This document shows positions 57,419 to 64,000 of a stretch of 64,000 bases of DNA, piece by piece. The notes beneath the pieces were generated by a model. The model ran no database searches. It was not told where the DNA came from and saw only the letters and a list, made by a program, of their open reading frames with translations. Each line of letters starts with the position of its first letter. Positions within the stretch are counted from its first letter, which is position 1. Made by a program: the position numbers and the translations under genes. Source of the DNA: an uncultured bacterium (GTDB lineage Bacteria > Patescibacteriota > Minisyncoccia > Phycocordibacterales > CAIZLB01); assembly GCA_903936565.1 (NCBI GenBank), contig CAIZVZ010000019.1:3559-67558 (forward strand), written 5' to 3'.

Positions 57419-57572
57419 GAAGGTGGGGGTTTGTTTGTATATTAAGGACCTTACCCAACCCCTTAAAGAGACTTGCGAACTGCAGTGAGCAGAGGAGATT
57501 TCTTGCTAGAAATCTCCGTGCTCTTTAAGGGGTTGGGTAGGGGACGTTTTGTATTGACAAACCCCCACCTTC
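57419..57572. repeat. ~155-nt nested imperfect palindrome (three stacked stem segments)
   Basis: Outer arms GAAGGTGGGGGTTTGT / ACAAACCCCCACCTTC are a perfect match. Middle arms CCTTACCCAACCCCTTAAAGAG / CTCTTTAAGGGGTTGGGTAGGGG match closely. Inner arms GGAGATTTCT-tgct-AGAAATCTCC form the innermost stem. Confidence 0.6.
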
Positions 57573-57819
57573 TGATATTATCCAGTATGACGCCAAATGG
57601 CGGTTTTTTATCCCAACTCTTCTTTTTGATTTAAGGCAAGTATTAAAGAATCAAACATAATAAAGCTATTTACAAGAAGAAGCACTGGGGATGAAATTTA
57701 AGAAAATTTATTAATTTTAATTTTTATTAATTAGTAAATATTGGGCCTGCGGAGATATCCGCGCCTTATGGAGATATCCATATTTAAAGCCCTGTATTTA
57801 TATAATTATCAACAAATAT

Positions 57820-59013
57820 ATGGCAGTAGAAGCTTTTGATCGTTCAAAACCTCACTTAAACGTAGGTACAATTGGTCACGTTGATCACGGAAAGACTACC
57901 TTAACAGCTGCAATCCTTAATGTTCTTCACAGAGCAGGTATGCAAGCAACAATCAAGGATGTTAGTGAAATTGACAAGGCCCCAGAAGAGAAGGCTCGTG
58001 GTATTACAATTTCATTGTCACACAGTGAATACACAACAAATGTAAGACACTATGCTCACATTGATGCTCCAGGTCACGCCGACTACATCAAGAACATGAT
58101 TACTGGTGCCGCTCAAATGGACGGTGCTATCTTGGTAGTTGCTGCAACAGATGGACCAATGCCACAAACACGTGAGCACGTTCTTCTTGCAAAGCAAGTT
58201 GGTGTTCCAAAGATTATCGTATTCATGAACAAGTGTGACATGGTAGATGATGCAGACATGCTTGATCTAGTTGAGGCAGAAATTAGAGAGTTGCTAGTAA
58301 AGAACGGATTTGACGAAAATGCTCCAATTATCAGAGGTTCAGCGCTTAAGGCACTTGAAGCTCCAGATAATACAGATCAATGGTCAATGAAAGTTCTAGA
58401 ACTTGCAGAGGCTCTTGACACATATCTTCCACAACCAGTGAGAGAGACTGACAAACCATTCCTTATGCCTATTGAGGACATCTTCTCAATTGAAGGAAGA
58501 GGAACAGTAGTTACAGGAAAGATTGAAAAAGGTATGATTAAGATTGGTGAAGAAATAGAAATCGTTGGAATCAAAGATACTCAAAAGACAGTTGTTACAG
58601 GAATCGAAATGTTCAACAAGCAACTAACAGAGGGTATGGCTGGAGACAACGCTGGTATTCTTCTAAGATCTGTTAAGAAGGATGATCTTACAAGAGGTCA
58701 AGTTCTTTCAAAGCCAGGTTCAGTTAAGCCACACACAGATTTTGAAGCAGAAGTCTATATCCTTAAGAAGGAAGAAGGCGGTCGACACACTCCATTCTTC
58801 TCAGGTTACAAACCACAGTTCTACGTACGTACAACTGACGTTACAGGAGAGGTTACATTAAAAGAAGGTGTAGACATGGTTATGCCAGGTGACACAGTTA
58901 CATTCAAAGTTAAATTGGTAGCCCCAATTGCTCTTGAAGACAATACAAGATTCGCTATTCGCGAGGGAGGTAGAACTGTTGGAGCTGGAGTTGTAACTAA
59001 GATCGTAGCCTAA
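57820..59013 (+). CDS. tuf: elongation factor Tu
   Basis: [25 protein letters not shown] and a typical 397-aa length. Confidence 0.95.
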   Translation: MAVEAFDRSKPHLNVGTIGHVDHGKTTLTAAILNVLHRAGMQATIKDVSEIDKAPEEKARGITISLSHSEYTTNVRHYAHIDAPGHADYIKNMITGAAQMDGAILVVAATDGPMPQTREHVLLAKQVGVPKIIVFMNKCDMVDDADMLDLVEAEIRELLVKNGFDENAPIIRGSALKALEAPDNTDQWSMKVLELAEALDTYLPQPVRETDKPFLMPIEDIFSIEGRGTVVTGKIEKGMIKIGEEIEIVGIKDTQKTVVTGIEMFNKQLTEGMAGDNAGILLRSVKKDDLTRGQVLSKPGSVKPHTDFEAEVYILKKEEGGRHTPFFSGYKPQFYVRTTDVTGEVTLKEGVDMVMPGDTVTFKVKLVAPIALEDNTRFAIREGGRTVGAGVVTKIVA

Positions 59014-59069
59014 CTTTTAGTTAACGGAAGATTGAATTTTACTCAGAAAACATTAAAAAAAACGCCATT

Positions 59070-59423
59070 ATGGCAACAAAAGAAGCACATAAAAAGAAAA
59101 CTGCAAAAGAAGATAGCGTATCAAGATTACGTATTCGTGTTCGCGCATACGAGTCAAAGATCATTGATGCATCCATTAAACAAATTATGGATACAGCTCT
59201 AAGATTTGATGCTACTATCGTAGGTCCTATTCCTCTTCCAACAGAAATCAAGAAGTATACAGTAAATCGTTCATCGTTTATTTTCAAAAATTCACGTGAG
59301 CAATTTGAGATGAGAATACACAAGCGTTTGATTGATATAATCAATCCAAATGCAAAGGTAATTGAAGCTCTAACTAACTTGAGTCTGCCATCAGGAGTGA
59401 ATATTGACGTAAAAATGATGTAG
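59070..59423 (+). CDS. rpsJ: 30S ribosomal protein S10 (with short basic N-terminal extension)
   Basis: LRIRVRAYESKIID...VGPIPLPT... matches S10. Confidence 0.9.
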   Translation: MATKEAHKKKTAKEDSVSRLRIRVRAYESKIIDASIKQIMDTALRFDATIVGPIPLPTEIKKYTVNRSSFIFKNSREQFEMRIHKRLIDIINPNAKVIEALTNLSLPSGVNIDVKMM

Positions 59424-59457
59424 TTAAACTTTCTTCAGTGAATTCCTAAAAACTACC

Positions 59458-60057
59458 ATGAAATTTATTCTCGGAACAAAACAGAATATGACCCAGCTTT
59501 TCGACGAAGAAGGCAGAGTTCATCCTGTGACAGTTCTTAAAACCTCTCCGATGGTTGTAACGCAAGTTAAGACCGAAGGTAAAGATGGTTACGATGCTGT
59601 TCAAGTTGGATTTGGGACAAGAAGTCCTCGTCGTATAAACAAGGCACAAAAAGGGCAAATGAAAGATCTCGGCAGTTTCCAATATCTAAGAGAAATTTCT
59701 GGTGTAAAGGACTCATCAATTGGTGAGAACATTAATCCAGAACTTGCTCCTGGGGAAAAAGTGGAGGTGTCAGCTATTTCAAAATCAAAAGGATTTCAGG
59801 GTGTTGTAAAACGCCATGGATTTCACGGTGGACCACGTTCTCACGGTCAAAAGCACAGTGAGCGCGAGCCAGGTTCTATTGGCGCCGGCGGATACCAACG
59901 TGTATTTAAAGGTACACGTATGGCAGGACGTATGGGTGGCGATAGAGTAACCGTTAAGAATCTAACTGTTATTTCTTACGATAAAACAACAGGGGAATTA
60001 TGCATCAGGGGTGCAATCCCAGGTCGAAGAGGCACATTAGTAGAAGTGCGCGCCTAG
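59458..60057 (+). CDS. rplC: 50S ribosomal protein L3
   Basis: Operon position and ...GFQGVVKRHGF.GG..SHG... motif. Confidence 0.9.
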   Translation: MKFILGTKQNMTQLFDEEGRVHPVTVLKTSPMVVTQVKTEGKDGYDAVQVGFGTRSPRRINKAQKGQMKDLGSFQYLREISGVKDSSIGENINPELAPGEKVEVSAISKSKGFQGVVKRHGFHGGPRSHGQKHSEREPGSIGAGGYQRVFKGTRMAGRMGGDRVTVKNLTVISYDKTTGELCIRGAIPGRRGTLVEVRA

Positions 60058-60087
60058 CACAATTATCTTAAACCTTAAATTAAATTT

Positions 60088-60840
60088 ATGGCACAGACAA
60101 AATCTAAAAGAGCAGCAAGTAAAGTCGAAAAGACTCCAAAAATTGCTAAGACAAAGAAGGAAAAAGTAGAAGTTTCTCTAGAAGGAACAATATACGATGT
60201 GGGAGGTAATAGTGCAGGCACAGTAGCTCTTCCAAAAGAAATCTTCGGAATTCCTTGGAATGGTGATCTTGTTGCACAAGTTGTAAACTCGATACAGTCA
60301 TCTGCAAGACAACCAGTTGCACACACAAAAGATAGATCAGAAGTTGCCGGTGGTGGTAAAAAGCCATGGAAGCAAAAGGGAACAGGACGTGCTCGTCACG
60401 GTTCATCTCGTTCTCCTATCTGGGTAGGTGGAGGTGTTGCTCACGGACCTCGTAACGAGAAAGATTACGACAGAAAGGTAAACAAGAAAATGAAAGCTAA
60501 GGCACTATTTACAATTCTTTCCGCAAAGTGGAGAGATGGTGAAATCCTCTTCGTAAAAAATCTTGAACTAGTTGAACCTAAAACAAAGCTAGCAATAGCT
60601 ATGATCGATAGACTCTCAAAGGTTACAGGCTTTGATAAGTTGGCAACAAAGCATAAGAATGCTGCTCTTATCACAGTTCCTGCACTTGAAGAGAATGTAA
60701 AGAGAGGTTTCTCAAACCTAAAGAGTTTTGAGGTTTCAGAACTTCGAAATATTAATCCAATTGCGCTTCTTCAATATAAGTACTTGGTCATTGCTTCACC
60801 TGAAGATGCGTTTGTTACTCTTACTTCAAAAATAAAGTAA
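60088..60840 (+). CDS. rplD: 50S ribosomal protein L4 (basic N-terminal extension)
   Basis: Operon position and ...KPWKQKGTGRARHGS...GGGVAHGP... motif. Confidence 0.85.
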   Translation: MAQTKSKRAASKVEKTPKIAKTKKEKVEVSLEGTIYDVGGNSAGTVALPKEIFGIPWNGDLVAQVVNSIQSSARQPVAHTKDRSEVAGGGKKPWKQKGTGRARHGSSRSPIWVGGGVAHGPRNEKDYDRKVNKKMKAKALFTILSAKWRDGEILFVKNLELVEPKTKLAIAMIDRLSKVTGFDKLATKHKNAALITVPALEENVKRGFSNLKSFEVSELRNINPIALLQYKYLVIASPEDAFVTLTSKIK

Positions 60841-60859
60841 CCAACATAATATCAAACAT

Positions 60860-61156
60860 ATGACAAAGATATCAATAAAGAAGCATCAATTGGAAGTTAT
60901 AAAGAGCCCTCGTATTACTGAGAAGGCAACTGTAAAGGCTGGTGAAAACCAATACGTCTTTGAAGTTACTGACAGATCTACAAAGGCATCTATCGCAAAG
61001 TCTATTGAGGCACTATACAAGGTAAAGCCTGTAAAGGTTAACATTGTGAACATTCCTGCAAAAACAGTGTTTGTTCGTGGAAAGGTCGGCAAGAAAAGCG
61101 CTATTAAGAAAGCTTATGTTTTCTTAAAGAAAGGCGACAAGATCGACTTAGCATAA
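60860..61156 (+). CDS. rplW: 50S ribosomal protein L23
   Basis: Operon position and L23-like ...VFEVTDRSTKASIAKSIEALYKVKPVKVNI.... Confidence 0.85.
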   Translation: MTKISIKKHQLEVIKSPRITEKATVKAGENQYVFEVTDRSTKASIAKSIEALYKVKPVKVNIVNIPAKTVFVRGKVGKKSAIKKAYVFLKKGDKIDLA

Positions 61157-61186
61157 TCAGCGTGATACGCAAAGTAAAATAAATAT

Positions 61187-62029
61187 ATGAAAAGATTTAA
61201 ACCAACAAGCCCCTCACGCCGAAACATGGCTATAGTCAACTATGCCCAGATTCTTACTACTGACGAGCCATATAAGCCCCTTACAAACGGGTTTAAGCGT
61301 GGATCAGGACGTAATAACACTGGACGTATTACAACTAGACACAAGGGAGGAGGTCACAAGAGACTTTATCGTCAAATTGACTTCAAGTATGACAAAAGAG
61401 ATATTCCTGCAAAGATAGATACAATTGAATACGATCCAAACCGTACATCATTTATTTCTCTCGTAACTTATGCCGATGGAGAAAAGCGTTATGTTATTCT
61501 TCCAAAGACATTAAAGGTTGGAGATAAATTTATAGTAGGTGAGAAGGTTGAGGTAAAGGCAGGTAACAGACTTCCATTAAAGAACATTCCTGTTGGAACA
61601 TTCATTTACAACATCGAATTGAAATTTGAAGGAGGTTCAAAACTTGTTCGTTCAGCTGGATCTTTTGCTGAAGTGATTGCTCATGACGGGGGCTATGCTC
61701 TTGTTAAGATGCCATCAACTGAAGTTAGAAAGGTTATAGAAACAGCATGGGCGTCAATCGGAGAAGTATCAAATGATGAGAATCGTTTGCAAAATATTGG
61801 AAAGGCTGGAGCAAGTAGACACCGTGGTATCAGACCAACTGTCCGTGGTACTGCTATGAACCCAGTTGATCACCCACACGGAGGAGGAGAAGGTAGACAA
61901 GGAAGAGGACGCAGACGCGCAATTTCTATCTACGGAAAGCCAACCGGAAAGGGACAAAAATCAAGACGCGCAAAGAAGTATTCAAACAAACATATTGTTT
62001 CAAGAAGAAAGGTTGGAAAGAGAAGATAA
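61187..62029 (+). CDS. rplB: 50S ribosomal protein L2
   Basis: ...GGGHKRLYR... and ...PTVRGTAMNPVDHPHGGGEG... motifs. Confidence 0.9.
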   Translation: MKRFKPTSPSRRNMAIVNYAQILTTDEPYKPLTNGFKRGSGRNNTGRITTRHKGGGHKRLYRQIDFKYDKRDIPAKIDTIEYDPNRTSFISLVTYADGEKRYVILPKTLKVGDKFIVGEKVEVKAGNRLPLKNIPVGTFIYNIELKFEGGSKLVRSAGSFAEVIAHDGGYALVKMPSTEVRKVIETAWASIGEVSNDENRLQNIGKAGASRHRGIRPTVRGTAMNPVDHPHGGGEGRQGRGRRRAISIYGKPTGKGQKSRRAKKYSNKHIVSRRKVGKRR

Positions 62030-62049
62030 TTCTTTTATCGGCCAGCAAG

Positions 62050-62079
62050 TCTTATATACAAAACCCCGCAGAAATACGG
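62050..62079 (+). terminator. rho-independent terminator after rplB
   Basis: AAAACCCCG-cagaaata-CGGGGTTTTGTG. Confidence 0.65.
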
Positions 62080-62135
62080 GGTTTTGTGTTGCCTTTACAT
62101 TTTGATATCTTTGTGACAATATTTCGGTAGACCCC

Positions 62136-62345
62136 ATGATTACAATACATGTAAAAATAGCTGGCTGGTACAAGAAGAAAAAGAGAACCTTTGATTTTAC
62201 CTGCGCGATTGAGCCTGTAGAGGATTTGTCGGCATGTATGCAAGAGTATATTGAAAAGGAACAAGCTCTCGCTATCTTCAAAAAAACTCACCCCAAACTC
62301 CATGACGCCTTTGTGTATTGGGGGATGCGAGTACCAACCAAATAA
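62136..62345 (+). CDS. small hypothetical ORF (69 aa)
   Basis: ORF only; it is followed by hairpin GTCCCCC-tcgaaagat-GGGGGAC. Coding status is uncertain. Confidence 0.2.
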   Translation: MITIHVKIAGWYKKKKRTFDFTCAIEPVEDLSACMQEYIEKEQALAIFKKTHPKLHDAFVYWGMRVPTK

Positions 62346-62409
62346 TGATTTTGTGGTTTTGAACGCTAAACCATAGCAAGTCCCCCTCGAAAGATGGGGG
62401 ACCTTGTCT

Positions 62410-63159
62410 TTACACCTCTCCTGCCGATTGCCAAATTATTTCAAACTGTTCTTCTTGTAATTGTATTATTCCAGGATTTTCTATGACGATAGTAAGAATA
62501 GGCGAGACCATTTGAGTAATAATGACTTTATCTTTTAATATAACTAGGTTACTAATAAGATCCACATCCTTTGGTAAATATCTAATGTCCCAATTGATTC
62601 TCTTTCCATATTCTTTGTATTTCTCGGCCTCAGGTGTTCTTTGGAGTAGGGTTCGGAGAGACAGGTGTAGGTGACTTCTTTTCTCCACCCAATCCTCAAA
62701 GAAATCTTTATCAATTTTCATAAACTTTTCAATATCAGATATAATCAGGTATTTATCTCCATATCTCAAATCCTTTAACATATCAGTGTAGACCTTTTTA
62801 AAACCGGATACCCCTTCGTAATATTTAATAAAATTGAGACCAGTGTGTATTTGGTATTTACTTGATAGCTCGGGGATAATTTTTGATAGGTTATCTTTCT
62901 TTAGCTCGTAAGTCTTCATTAGATTCTCTGGATTGGAGGCAACAAAGAGCTTTTTTAGACCATTAATTTCAATGCTGATTAGCCCCTTAATTTTAAGTGC
63001 CTCTATTACGGAGTAGGCGGTGGTCCTTATGACCCCCGCTTCTTTAGCGATATTTATGGCTGTTGCGGGCCCGAGGCTTAAATTAGCAAGGTATATTTTA
63101 GCTTCATTTTCTGTCAGCCCAATATCTTTGATTATCTCTACGGTTCTGTTGGTTAGCAT
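62410..63159 (-). CDS. TrmB-family HTH regulator-like protein (paralog 8)
   Basis: IIKDIGLTENEAKIYLANLSLGPATAINIAKEAGVIRTTAYSVIEALKIKGLIS, with C-terminal VIENPGIIQLQEEQFEIIWQSA. Confidence 0.65.
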   Translation of the reverse strand: MLTNRTVEIIKDIGLTENEAKIYLANLSLGPATAINIAKEAGVIRTTAYSVIEALKIKGLISIEINGLKKLFVASNPENLMKTYELKKDNLSKIIPELSSKYQIHTGLNFIKYYEGVSGFKKVYTDMLKDLRYGDKYLIISDIEKFMKIDKDFFEDWVEKRSHLHLSLRTLLQRTPEAEKYKEYGKRINWDIRYLPKDVDLISNLVILKDKVIITQMVSPILTIVIENPGIIQLQEEQFEIIWQSAGEV

Positions 63160-63327
63160 GTTTGTTTAATGGTTATATTGATTGTATTAAAATGTCGATT
63201 ACTTCGTCGTCTAAATATACTATATGTTGCTTATATAATATAGCATTTATACATACATGTCGACAAAACAGACATAAGTAATCTTTAGAACTATAATTAC
63301 GACACATTAATAATAAAAAGCAAATTA

Positions 63328-64000
63328 TATGAAAAATAATTATAAGAAGATAGTATTTATGTCAGTTGTATTTATAGCCTTAATATTGGCCGTAGTTTTG
63401 GGTACATCGGGTCAATTTGGCAATAAGGATTTAACAATTACTGCAATGTTCCCTATGACCGGCGGACTGTCATCTTATGGGGACTCTGCATCTAGGGCTT
63501 CAATCCTGGCTGTGGAAGAAATTAATGCAAGCGGCGGAATTAACGGCAAGACCTTGAAGTTAAATCTTCAAGATCATAAATGTGACACCAAGGAGGCTGT
63601 TGCAATATACAAGCAGTTCAAGTCTAAAACTAATGTGTTCACATCTGCGGCTTGTAGTGGTACAGCGCTTGCGATAGCTCCGATGCTTGAAAATGACGGA
63701 TCTGTCCTATTGGGTTCAACACTTTCTACGCCTAAGATAAGTGGTGTATCTAAAAACCTATTTAGAAATTGGTCCTCAGATGCAAAGGAAGCAGAATTGT
63801 TTGCAGGTCTACTGAAGGGTATAGATTATAAAAAGATTGGAATAATCTATGAAGAAACAGACTATGCGAAGGGGCTAAAGGATTCTTTAGAAAAGAACAT
63901 TTTAGCCAGCTCTACAGCGACACTACCTGGTCCAAAGCAAGTTTATTCTGAGGGGTTTGTTAGTGGATCAATGGATGTCCGAAGTCAATTGCTTAAACTT
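63328..64000 (+). CDS. membrane-anchored LivJ-like type-I solute-binding protein (paralog 8), partial (runs off window end)
   Basis: Hand translation from ATG at 63328 gives MKNNYKKIVFMSVVFIALILAVVLG (TM) then LTITAMFPMTGGLSSYGDSASRASILAVEEINASGGINGKTLKLNLQDHKCD. Confidence 0.65.

Noticed and set aside
54644-59013. Alternative genetic code (TGA recoding, as in some CPR lineages)
   Set aside because: fusA (717 aa) and tuf (397 aa) are uninterrupted under the standard code, so there are no in-frame TGA codons and code 11 is assumed.
1-64000. CRISPR array
   Set aside because: No regularly spaced direct repeats of 20-40 nt with unique spacers were seen anywhere in the window.

Overview
This is an AT-rich (~35% GC) bacterial window, read with the standard genetic code because fusA and tuf contain no in-frame TGA. 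The gene content suggests a reduced-genome organism, possibly Patescibacteria/CPR-like, though that is only a guess from the sequence. Housekeeping genes present:
- A partial comM at the left edge, then dksA-like, rpsO, a Xer-type recombinase, xth and cca.
- Four tRNAs: Arg-TCG, Gly-GCC, Pro-TGG and Gly-TCC.
- hup, rny, clpP, rsmE-like, tig, ppa and nusA.
- An ABC exporter, followed by a type IV pilus/competence locus (pilB, pilC, four prepilin-like genes).
- tpiA, pgk, a HIT protein, recJ and rnhA.
- A ComEC homolog split into two genes, with a Fe/Mn superoxide dismutase gene on the opposite strand between them.
- rpmB, an M50 site-2 protease, and the str/S10 ribosomal cluster: rpsL, rpsG, fusA, tuf, rpsJ, rplC, rplD, rplW, rplB.

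The standout feature is a paralogous family of eight gene pairs. Each pair couples a ~250-aa TrmB-type winged-HTH regulator with a ~375-aa membrane-anchored LivJ-like type-I solute-binding protein. Seven pairs are divergently arranged. No ABC permease or ATPase genes accompany any of them. Six pairs sit back-to-back at 18.9-31.4 kb. One pair lies at 13.2-15.2 kb. The eighth pair has replaced the expected rpsS-rplV continuation of the S10 operon after rplB.

Recurring GTCA-N7-TGAC inverted repeats lie immediately upstream of two of the regulator genes and are candidate operators. Related copies occur near pgk.

Other notable points are a GC-richer ~1 kb insertion carrying a 133-aa ORF and a ~155-nt nested palindrome between fusA and tuf, a 630-bp repeat-rich noncoding tract with DnaA-box-like 9-mers, and several clean bidirectional terminators.
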